A stretch of DNA of 51,873 bases. It comes from an uncultured Candidatus Saccharibacteria bacterium. GTDB taxonomy: Bacteria > Patescibacteriota > Minisyncoccia > Phycocordibacterales > UBA9973. The position numbers were made by a program, and so were the translations under genes. The notes under the pieces were generated by a model. The model had not been told where the DNA came from. It saw nothing but the letters and a program-made list of their open reading frames with translations, and made no database searches. Positions 16,101-22,865 of the stretch are shown here, piece by piece. The stretch's first letter is position 1; each line of letters begins with the position of its first letter. Location: contig CAZYBS010000005.1 in the NCBI GenBank assembly GCA_964645245.1, positions 1 through 51,873 on the forward strand, written 5' to 3'.

Positions 16101-17181
16101 ATAATATTAAATTGCCGGCATAGATATCCCCCTCGGCATCCACCAGGAACTTGATAGTGCCTCCGACCGCAGCCGAGATGAGATTGCCGTCAGCGATGGA
16201 AGAAGCCGGATTGATGTAAATAGTTCCATCGGAAGCATTGGAAGTGCCGGTGGGCCAGGAGGAAAAGACATGAGCCAAGGTGGGAACTTTAGTGAAAGTA
16301 GATTGAGCGGTGGAAGTCAGCAAACTATTGGTGATGACTAGGCCGTTTAGAGTAGTAGTGCCGGTAACCGTCAGAGCTCCTCCCAGGGTAGTCAAGCCTG
16401 TGCCAACGGTAAAAGTGTTGGTACCAGTCACACTTGTTGCCCCACTCAAAGAGATGGCTCCAGTACCAGTGCTGAAAGTGTTGGCGCCGGTCTGGGAAAA
16501 AGTATTGGTCAGAGTCGTCGCCCCGGAGAGAGTCGTCGCCCCGGAGAGAGTGGTTGCTCCGGCAACCGTCAGAGCTCCAGTCACCGTCTGACTGCCGGCA
16601 ATGGTGGAATTGCCGGAGACCGCCAGAGTGGTAATGTTAGCTAGGTTGTTGGTCAATTGGTCCGAAGTGATATTGGTAGCGGAGAAGTAAGAGGCGCCGG
16701 AGAAGTTAACTTTCGGGTCGGGCGGAGCGATGTAGACTTGAGCATTTGAAGAGCTTGCTTGCGCGGACAAGCCGGGTTCTCCCCTCGGTCCTTCTGGACC
16801 TCGGGACCCTGCTGGGCCGGCTGGGCCGCGCAATTTGTCCACAAATTCTTTTTTACTCAATAAATTCTGGAGAGCGGAAGCCAGGGCGGAATCAGCAGTC
16901 ACAGACCCCTCCTCAATCCTCCCCTTAGCAGGGGAGGAGGAAACAGGCTGAATGTAAGCCTTGTAAGCATTGATTATGTCTGATTCGTTGGGCGAGTCAG
17001 GTTCTGAAACGTAAGCCTTGTAAGCATCCATTAAAGAAGTGCTGGTGAGGTTTTGTGCAAGAACATTTGATACCGGAGATGAAACCAAAACGACCAAGAC
17101 CAAAAGTCCGAGTAGAAATTCCACTCTTCTAGATATTTTCCCGCCAAATCGGCGGGCAAGCCTAAAATTTTTTGGTATCAT
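13150..17181 (-). CDS. 1343-aa exported fibre/adhesin-like protein
   Basis: Signal peptide, collagen-like G-X-Y stretch, T/G-rich beta repeats (ATTLSG x3), tail-fibre-like motifs (DETGSGSLVFSTSPTL, GGLDTGAEAASTWY), GADVAE...GRVPVK chaperone-like domain and an acidic P/E tail. Confidence 0.9.
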   Translation of the reverse strand: MIPKNFRLARRFGGKISRRVEFLLGLLVLVVLVSSPVSNVLAQNLTSTSLMDAYKAYVSEPDSPNESDIINAYKAYIQPVSSSPAKGRIEEGSVTADSALASALQNLLSKKEFVDKLRGPAGPAGSRGPEGPRGEPGLSAQASSSNAQVYIAPPDPKVNFSGASYFSATNITSDQLTNNLANITTLAVSGNSTIAGSQTVTGALTVAGATTLSGATTLSGATTLTNTFSQTGANTFSTGTGAISLSGATSVTGTNTFTVGTGLTTLGGALTVTGTTTLNGLVITNSLLTSTAQSTFTKVPTLAHVFSSWPTGTSNASDGTIYINPASSIADGNLISAAVGGTIKFLVDAEGDIYAGNLILSGSTSTGATTIAGNLTVQDNTTFGDASTDTLTFTGTILGANPLVLEGGTANDFETTFALTDPTADRTITFPNATGTVTLTTNDLSIFSATTSLQLLGVISDETGSGSLVFSTSPTLITPTLGVATGTSLALGGGTALTTTNQTGTGSLVLATSPQLTTSLTTDSTTFALLNTTATTVNAFGAATTLNIGASATTVLNFGGSTSAAEFRFLEPSGSGTNYTGFKAAAQAGNVTYTLPIADGTSGQVLTTNGSGALSWTTKTEGISQDFKGLSLRTSPNADVAATTVTLDHADEIVMDTGNRVTTWDDLSAVITTAGAGGLDTGAEAASTWYEIYAIRKSSDGTKNLLLHRAKDYFKDEEAIGTLLSSQGLRDAGARTAIAQEFQNDTAGLVEFVDVEVVKNASPTGRFWLEVQSDTSGLPSGTVLATSDKLDVSLVSTTAQQVRFVFRSPVSLSALTAYHLVMQGDYAISDTNFISWRGTTDAGYTRGTQELYNGTSWANETSGDHRFKIYVTRNDTSVTMPTGYDQKAKVGWVYNDSGSNFDAFSAFDHEVRYLDRYEIISNLTATIPTLTDVSIGLPPGPVVGDMWTASDTLGAINTAAGVPDGYETTSDAGNAGAAAFRSDGTVRAQMGVVGTEYQGLYLRVSAGIGSFELLGYIWGSSGGADVAEEHLVHDETINAGDVVSLTDEKLYVEKASITGKTVLGIVSTKPGITLKDWPGDVSPENTRAIALSGRVPVKISNENGEIKVGDRLTLSKTIPGYAMKQSYPGPSLGIAMEASTENIDKILTFVNLSYWAPGFGSFEVNEDGTQTGNSFFDSILAFFKNAFEIVFEKGVMKVASILANVIESKKVITEELEIKDAQTGDIYCVTIKNGEFDKAPGECATDTTPADEPAPLLDQATATAGQGGEEPSPPLEGGVLAPSEGGGNSEPAGEITTLTPPPQGGEETPAEPQPSDSAEATTDTSDETTAGEAEPAPEPTPTP
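13265..13423. repeat. three DUF559-type palindromic units inside the CDS
   Basis: 13265-13287 is 23/23 identical to 37352-37374; 13321-13368 parallels 37404-37454; the third unit 13375-13423 has a nested insert. Confidence 0.85.
16905..16938. repeat. DUF559-type palindromic unit inside the CDS
   Basis: TCCTCCCCT-tagc-AGGGGAGGA with an ACCCCTCC flank; encodes SSPAKGRIEEGS. Confidence 0.7.
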
Positions 17182-17256
17182 TTTATTTTAGGACTCTTTA
17201 ATTATATCAAAAATACCTTTATCTCTGGAGGAAGAGTGGGGATAAGTAAGAATTAA

Positions 17257-17342
17257 TTCTCCTCTTTGAGGAGTACCCTTTAGGGGGAGGTGGAAAGTCC
17301 ACCCCGCTCCGACCCAGGTCGGAGCACCCCTCAAGAGGGGAA
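17257..17342. repeat. intergenic doublet of DUF559-type palindromic units
   Basis: CTCCTC-ttt-GAGGAGTAC(hairpin)GGGAGGTGG followed by an inverted CCACCCC(hairpin)CACCCCTC-aa-GAGGGG. Confidence 0.8.
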
Positions 17343-17381
17343 TTTTGCAAAATACTGGAATATAAATTAGTATGGTTAGAT

Positions 17382-17456
17382 GCCGTTGTAGCTTAGTGGT
17401 AAAGCACGTCATTGGTAATGACGAGACCGTGAGTCCGATCCTCACCAACGGCTCCA
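17382..17456 (+). tRNA. tRNA-Thr(GGT), CCA encoded
   Basis: GCCGTTG/CAACGGC acceptor stem, CGTCA-TTGGTAA-TGACG anticodon arm; T loop TCCGATC. Confidence 0.92.
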
Positions 17457-17527
17457 GCCGATATAGTTCAGTGGCAGAACACTACTTTCGTAAAGTAGGA
17501 ACGTGGGTTCGATTCCCACTCTCGGCT
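17457..17527 (+). tRNA. tRNA-Thr(CGT)
   Basis: GCCGATA/TCTCGGC acceptor stem, CTACT-TTCGTAA-AGTAG anticodon arm, GTGGG-TTCGATT-CCCAC T arm. Confidence 0.92.
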
Positions 17528-17528
17528 C

Positions 17529-18455
17529 ATGGAAACAGAAGATATACAGCAAAAAATAAATGAATTGGAAGCGAAAATGACTTCGGTGGACTTTTGGGCT
17601 GATAAGAATAAAGCGCAGGCGGCCTTGAAAGAATTAGCAGGACTCAAAGCAAAAAAAGAGGGTTTGGGAAAATATGACAAAGGCAATGCAATTATGACCA
17701 TCATTTCCGGCGCCGGAGGGGACGATGCCGAAGATTTTTCGGCGATACTTCTCTCTATGTATATGAAGTATGCGAATAAAAAGGGTTGGGAGATTTCTTT
17801 TATACATGAGCATAAAAACGACCATGGAGGGTACAGGAATGTTTCTTTTGAAATTTCTGACCTCACCCGTCGCCCTCTCCTTAATAAGGAGAGGGGTGGG
17901 GAGAGGTTGGGCCCCTATGGAAATTTAAAAAACGAAACGGGTGTGCATCGTCTGGTGCGTATTTCTCCTTTTAATGCAAAAAAATTAAGACACACTTCTT
18001 TTTCCCTAGTTGAAGTTCTGCCCAAATTTTCAAAACTGCAAGAGCGTGATGTTGTATTGTCACCCGAGGATTTGAAAGTAGAGTTTGCCCGCTCCAGCGG
18101 GCCGGGCGGGCAAAATGTGAATAAAAGGGAAACGGCGGTCAGAATTATTCATCTTCCGACCGGGATTTCCGCCCATGTTTCAAGCGAACGCTCGCAGGAG
18201 CAAAACCGCGAACTTGCTCTCTCCATTCTGCGCGCCAGAATTTTTAAAAAAGCCGAAGAAGAGAAAAAAAGTATAGAAGAGAGTATAAAAATTACCAGAA
18301 ACACCGAGATAGAATGGGGAAATCAAATTCGCTCTTACGTGCTCCATCCTTACAAAATGGTCAAAGACCACCGAACCGGCGCCGAAACTTCAAACACTGA
18401 CGCTGTTTTGAATGGCGAGATAGATATTTTCATAGAGGCGGAGAAAAGTTTATAA
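17529..18455 (+). CDS. prfB: peptide chain release factor 2 (short N-domain, in-frame palindrome insertion)
   Basis: GVHRLVRISPF (SPF), GPGGQNVNK and WGNQIRSYVLHPY motifs. Confidence 0.93.
   Translation: METEDIQQKINELEAKMTSVDFWADKNKAQAALKELAGLKAKKEGLGKYDKGNAIMTIISGAGGDDAEDFSAILLSMYMKYANKKGWEISFIHEHKNDHGGYRNVSFEISDLTRRPLLNKERGGERLGPYGNLKNETGVHRLVRISPFNAKKLRHTSFSLVEVLPKFSKLQERDVVLSPEDLKVEFARSSGPGGQNVNKRETAVRIIHLPTGISAHVSSERSQEQNRELALSILRARIFKKAEEEKKSIEESIKITRNTEIEWGNQIRSYVLHPYKMVKDHRTGAETSNTDAVLNGEIDIFIEAEKSL
17860..17908. repeat. DUF559-type palindromic unit in-frame in prfB
   Basis: CCCTCTCCTT-aat-AAGGAGAGGG at 17873-17895 plus GGGGAGAGGT; encodes LTRRPLLNKERGGERL. Confidence 0.85.
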
Positions 18456-18475
18456 ATGTGCTACAATATATGATA

Positions 18476-18503
18476 TTGACAATGTAGATACATTGTATAT
18501 ACT
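18476..18503 (+). promoter_or_regulatory. mazEF promoter with palindromic operator
   Basis: TTGACA-16 nt-TATACT; ACAATGTA-ga-TACATTGT at 18479-18496 overlaps the -35 box and spacer. Confidence 0.8.
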
Positions 18504-18509
18504 TAAAGT

Positions 18510-18749
18510 ATGACAACAAAAATTCGAAAATGGGGGAATAGTTTGGCGGTGCGAATTCCGGATGAATTTGCAGAAAATCTTGACCTGAAAGACGGTTCTG
18601 TTGTTGGCTTTCACCAACTGGGAGACAAAATGGTTATTTCAAAAGCCAAGCCCAAATATACTTTGGAAGATATGGTGAAAGGCATCACCAAAAAAAATAG
18701 ACATAAAGAATTTGATTGGGGAAAGCCCATGGGTAAAGAAATATGGTAA
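18510..18749 (+). CDS. mazE: AbrB/MazE family antitoxin
   Basis: KWGNSLAVRIP, YTLEDMV and DWGKPMGKEIW motifs. Confidence 0.93.
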   Translation: MTTKIRKWGNSLAVRIPDEFAENLDLKDGSVVGFHQLGDKMVISKAKPKYTLEDMVKGITKKNRHKEFDWGKPMGKEIW

Positions 18750-19078
18750 AAATATACACCCCAGACCAAGGCGATATAATTTATTTTAATTTTTCACCAA
18801 GTGTTGGACGTGAACAAAAAGGTGTTCGTCCTGCTATTGTGATTAGTCGGGCTATTTTTAATGCATCAAGTGGATTAGCTGTGGTTTGTCCGATTACTTC
18901 AAAACAAAAGTTTTATCCTTTTGAGATTTTAGTTGAAGTTGATCAAATATATGGTTTTGCGCTTATAGATCAAGCACGAGCGATTGATTATAATGCTAGA
19001 GAATTTAAGTTTGTTTCTCGCGCACCACTATCTTTAGTTGAAGACATTAAAGCAAAATTTATATCTATCGTGTCTTAA
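18743..19078 (+). CDS. mazF: PemK/MazF family toxin
   Basis: QGDII..F.PSVGREQKGVRPAIVIS, VCPITS and DQARAID motifs; overlaps the antitoxin. Confidence 0.93.
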   Translation: MVKIYTPDQGDIIYFNFSPSVGREQKGVRPAIVISRAIFNASSGLAVVCPITSKQKFYPFEILVEVDQIYGFALIDQARAIDYNAREFKFVSRAPLSLVEDIKAKFISIVS

Positions 19079-19102
19079 TAAAATTTGTGCTAAAATAGAT
19101 AA

Positions 19103-19771
19103 GTGATTTATTTCAACAATGTTTCAAAATTTTATAAAGACGCGGTGGCGTTAGACAATGTTACTCTTACGGTTGTGGCGGGGGAGTTTGTTTCTGTCGT
19201 CGGACACTCCGGGGCAGGCAAAACAACTCTGACCAAAATGATTCTGGCCGATGAAAATCCTTCCGCCGGCACGGTTTTTTTTGAATCTATCAATGTGCAT
19301 CAGTTGAAAAATAAGGATTTAACTAAACTGCGTCGGCGCATCGGGGTGGTGTTTCAAGATTTCAAACTATTGCCGAATAAAACCGCTTACGAAAACATCG
19401 CTTTCGCCATGGAAGCGGTTGGTAAGACTGATGAAGAAATAGCCTCCGACGTCCCGCATGTTTTAGAGCTGGTTGATTTGAGTAATCGGATTTTTCATTT
19501 TCCAAATCAAATGTCCGGAGGCGAACAGCAAAGGCTGGCAATCGCTCGCGCTATCATTAATCAGCCCGAACTGATTATCGCTGATGAGCCGACCGGGAAT
19601 TTAGATCCGATAAATACACATGAGATAGTCCAAATCTTAAAAAAAATAAATGATCTTGGCACCACCGTGATTCTGGCTACCCATAATCGCGCAGTCATTG
19701 ATTCAGTCGGCAAAAGAGTGATTACGATGGAAAATGGAAAAGTTGTTCGAGATAGCAAGCATGGCAAATAG
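19103..19771 (+). CDS. ftsE: cell division ATP-binding protein FtsE
   Basis: GHSGAGKTT, RRRIGVVFQDFKLL, SGGEQQR and ADEPTGNLD motifs. Confidence 0.95.
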   Translation: MIYFNNVSKFYKDAVALDNVTLTVVAGEFVSVVGHSGAGKTTLTKMILADENPSAGTVFFESINVHQLKNKDLTKLRRRIGVVFQDFKLLPNKTAYENIAFAMEAVGKTDEEIASDVPHVLELVDLSNRIFHFPNQMSGGEQQRLAIARAIINQPELIIADEPTGNLDPINTHEIVQILKKINDLGTTVILATHNRAVIDSVGKRVITMENGKVVRDSKHGK

Positions 19772-19812
19772 TATGCTATTATAATTAGGTATTAGGTGCT
19801 AGTGACTAGTTG

Positions 19813-19868
19813 CTAGAACCTAGAACCTAGAACCTAGAACCTAGAACCTAGAACCTAGAACCTAGAAC
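19813..19868. repeat. perfect tandem heptamer (CTAGAAC)x8
   Basis: Eight exact copies, preceded by about four degenerate reverse-orientation heptamers (19785-19812). Confidence 0.95.
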
Positions 19869-19875
19869 CTAACTT

Positions 19876-20793
19876 ATGACCGAATTTAAAAGAATTATAA
19901 AAGCAGGATTTATAAACTTTACTCGAGCTGGGCTTATTTCCTGGGCGGCTGTTCTGGTAGTCACGATTACCCTTTCGGTCATCACTTCTATTATTTTATT
20001 GCAAGCAGTGCTGTATTTCTCGCTGAATGTTATAAAAGACAAAGTGGATGTGACGATTTATTTTAATGTGAATGCGCCGGAAGATAAAATTACGCTTTTA
20101 AAATCTTCTCTGGAAAAATTGCCGGAGGTAGCTGATGTTTCCTATACTAGCGCTGACGAGGCGCTGAAACTTTTCCGCGAGCGCCACAAGAATGACTACC
20201 CGACGATTGCCGCCTTGGATGAGATAGGCAATAATCCGCTCGGCGCCTACCTCAACGTTAAAGCCAAAGAAATTTCTCAATATGAAAGCATTGCGAATTT
20301 TATGAAATCGGACAATGCACTGGTTTTGGGTTCTGCTTCCATTATAGATAAAGTAAATTATCACCAAAATAAATTAGTGATAGACCGATTAAATACGATA
20401 ATATCCGGCGCGCAAAAACTTGGCTTTCTAATCACCCTTCTCTTGATAATTATTTCCATAATCATTACTTTCAATACTATCCGATTGACTATTTTTATTG
20501 TTAAAGAAGAAATCGGCGTGATGCGCCTGGTGGGGGCCTCTAAAATGCGTGTGCGCGGTCCTTTTATGATTGAAGGGGCAATTTATGGGATTATCGCTAC
20601 GGTCATAACCTTGATTCTTTTCTGGCCGGCGACGGCTTGGCTCGGACGCAATATGACCGGTTTTCTGGGGCTTAATATGTATGATTATTATATCTCAAAT
20701 TTCTTTCAAATTTTTGCAATTATTTTATTATCAGGTATAATCTTGGGAGCGATTTCGAGTTATATTGCAATTAGGAAATATTTGAATAAATAG
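19876..20793 (+). CDS. ftsX: cell division permease FtsX
   Basis: NTIRLTI, EIGVMRLVGAS and PFMIEG motifs; downstream of ftsE. Confidence 0.94.
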   Translation: MTEFKRIIKAGFINFTRAGLISWAAVLVVTITLSVITSIILLQAVLYFSLNVIKDKVDVTIYFNVNAPEDKITLLKSSLEKLPEVADVSYTSADEALKLFRERHKNDYPTIAALDEIGNNPLGAYLNVKAKEISQYESIANFMKSDNALVLGSASIIDKVNYHQNKLVIDRLNTIISGAQKLGFLITLLLIIISIIITFNTIRLTIFIVKEEIGVMRLVGASKMRVRGPFMIEGAIYGIIATVITLILFWPATAWLGRNMTGFLGLNMYDYYISNFFQIFAIILLSGIILGAISSYIAIRKYLNK

Positions 20794-20800
20794 AATAGTA

Positions 20801-22435
20801 ATGTCAAAACCAACAAAATATATTTTCGTGGTAGGGGGTGTAATGTCGAGCGTAGGCAAGGGGGTTACGGCCGCTTCCATCGGTAAAATTATACAGTCTC
20901 GCGGTTATCGCGTCGCTAATCTGAAAGCGGATATGTATGTCAATCTTGATGCCGGCACTATACGTCCCGCCGAACACGGCGAGGTTTTTGTCGGAGAGGA
21001 CGGCATTGAAGCTGATCAGGATTTAGGCAATTATGAACGCTTTACCAATCAAGTCAGTACCCGTGAAGATTATATTACTACTGGCCAAATTTATGCCGAG
21101 GTCATCAAGCGGGAACGCAATTTGGAATACGGAGGAGAAGACGTTGAAGTTTACCCGGATATACCAAAGGAAATAATCAGGCGCATCGAGGCATGCCAAA
21201 AAAAGAATAAATCAGAAATTACGATAGTAGAATACGGCGGCACCGTGGGTGAATATCAACTGCTCCCTTTTTTGGAAGCCGCCCGAATGATGAAAGCAAA
21301 AATCCCTTCTAGTGTTTTTCTGGTTTTGGTAAGTTATTTGCCGATGCCAACATTACTGGGGGAACAAAAATCAAAACCGACCCAGCATGCCATTACGGAT
21401 CTTCATTCAGTCGGTCTTAATCCAGATTTTGTTATCTGCCGAGCCGAGCGTCCGGCCACTCCCGATATTAAACGGACCATCAGCAACGTTTGCAGTCTGC
21501 CGATTGAAAGAATAATTTCTGCGCCGGACGTTTATTCCATATATGATGTACCGGTTAATTTTGAAAAAGAGAATCTTGGTGCCACTCTGCTGGCCGCCAT
21601 CGGTCTGCCTGCCCGCAGTAAAGATTTGACTGATTGGACAGCCCTGGCCAATAGAATCAAAAAAATAAAAAAAGAAGTCCGTATCGGCATTGTGGGCAAA
21701 TATTTTAATTTCAAATCATGTAAAGATACATATATTTCCGTTATAGAATCAATTAATCACTCTACTTGGTCGCTTGGATATAAGCCTGATATTATCTGGC
21801 TGGATGCGGAGAAATATGAAAATGATTCAAAAAAATTAAGTGAATTGGACAACTTAGACGGTATTATAGTTCCGGGAGGATTCGGCCAGCGAGGGACCGA
21901 AGGTATGATTTTGGCGGCAGACTATGCCCGCAGAAAAAAGATCCCGTATTTCGGTCTTTGTTATGGTATGCAGATGATGGTGATAGAATATGCGCGAAAT
22001 GTTTTAAATTTAAAACAGGCTAATTCTGCGGAGCTTGATTCTAACACCCCTGATCCGGTTATTGCAACCATGCCGGATCAGATTGAAAAAATCAAGAATA
22101 AGAATTACGGCGCAACTATGCGTCTAGGAGCTTATCCGGCAAATTTAAAAAAGGGGAGCGTTGCCGAGATTGCATATGGCGCATCTAAAATTTCTGAACG
22201 TCATCGTCATAGGTATGAAGTTAATCCAAAATATATTGCAGAGCTGGAAAAAGCCGGATTGGTGTTTTCGGGTAAATCTCCGGACGGAATTTTAATGGAA
22301 ATAGCCGAATTGGCCAAAAAAGATCATCCATTCTATTTGGGAACGCAGTTTCATCCTGAATTTAAATCGCGTCCGCTTCGTCCGCATCCTCTTTTCACCG
22401 CTTTTATAAAGGCTTGCGCCAGTAAAAAAAGGTGA
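20801..22435 (+). CDS. pyrG: CTP synthase
   Basis: GGVMSSVGKG, EHGEVFV, KSKPTQH, GLCYGMQ and QFHPEFKS motifs. Confidence 0.97.
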   Translation: MSKPTKYIFVVGGVMSSVGKGVTAASIGKIIQSRGYRVANLKADMYVNLDAGTIRPAEHGEVFVGEDGIEADQDLGNYERFTNQVSTREDYITTGQIYAEVIKRERNLEYGGEDVEVYPDIPKEIIRRIEACQKKNKSEITIVEYGGTVGEYQLLPFLEAARMMKAKIPSSVFLVLVSYLPMPTLLGEQKSKPTQHAITDLHSVGLNPDFVICRAERPATPDIKRTISNVCSLPIERIISAPDVYSIYDVPVNFEKENLGATLLAAIGLPARSKDLTDWTALANRIKKIKKEVRIGIVGKYFNFKSCKDTYISVIESINHSTWSLGYKPDIIWLDAEKYENDSKKLSELDNLDGIIVPGGFGQRGTEGMILAADYARRKKIPYFGLCYGMQMMVIEYARNVLNLKQANSAELDSNTPDPVIATMPDQIEKIKNKNYGATMRLGAYPANLKKGSVAEIAYGASKISERHRHRYEVNPKYIAELEKAGLVFSGKSPDGILMEIAELAKKDHPFYLGTQFHPEFKSRPLRPHPLFTAFIKACASKKR

Positions 22436-22466
22436 AATAAAGAACCAGTTTTGGTAAACTAGCAGT

Positions 22467-22862
22467 ATGGTTAACATGTTATATCCCATCACCGTTTTCT
22501 ACGACGGGGCGTGCCGGATGTGCATTACGCAAATGAATAAATTTCGAAAAGCAGATTCGGGAGAACGCCTTGTATTCGTTGATATTTCCAAACCCGGTTT
22601 CAATCAAAGGCAAGAGGGTTTAGTGGGTGAACCAATTCAGCGATACATTTATGCCAAAGATTCCGCGGGGCGCTCGGTGCGGGGCGTGGATGCCTTTATC
22701 TGGATGTGGAGAGCTACGGACCGAAAATTCTTGGCCTGGTTCGTTAATTTGCTTTTTATCAAGCAGCTTGGAAAATTTATCTATCATTTGATTTCTCGTC
22801 TGCGCTATTTATTTGGTAGAAAAAAGGATATTTGCGATTTTCATTGTAATAAAGAAATCTAA
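22467..22862 (+). CDS. DCC family thiol-disulfide oxidoreductase (DUF393)
   Basis: FYDGACRMC (DxxCxxC) at the N-terminus. Confidence 0.88.
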   Translation: MVNMLYPITVFYDGACRMCITQMNKFRKADSGERLVFVDISKPGFNQRQEGLVGEPIQRYIYAKDSAGRSVRGVDAFIWMWRATDRKFLAWFVNLLFIKQLGKFIYHLISRLRYLFGRKKDICDFHCNKEI

Positions 22863-22865
22863 AAT

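Noticed and set aside
13211-16928. Antisense and alternate-frame ORFs within the large gene
   Set aside because: Shadow frames caused by T/G/A-rich repetitive codons; the same applies to short antisense ORFs in secD, nrdA, rnj and other genes.
13150-17181. Prophage or diversity-generating retroelement target
   Set aside because: No integrase, capsid, terminase or reverse transcriptase, no template/variable repeat pair, and no duplicated tRNA 3' end seen.
17188-17563. ORFs 17188..17448(-) and 17372..17563(+)
   Set aside because: They overlap tRNA genes and a repeat doublet.
17500-17600. Programmed +1 frameshift in prfB
   Set aside because: No CTT-TGA site; the ORF is continuous and the upstream sequence is tRNA.
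19813-19868. CRISPR array
   Set aside because: Contiguous 7-mers with no spacers, and no cas genes in the window.
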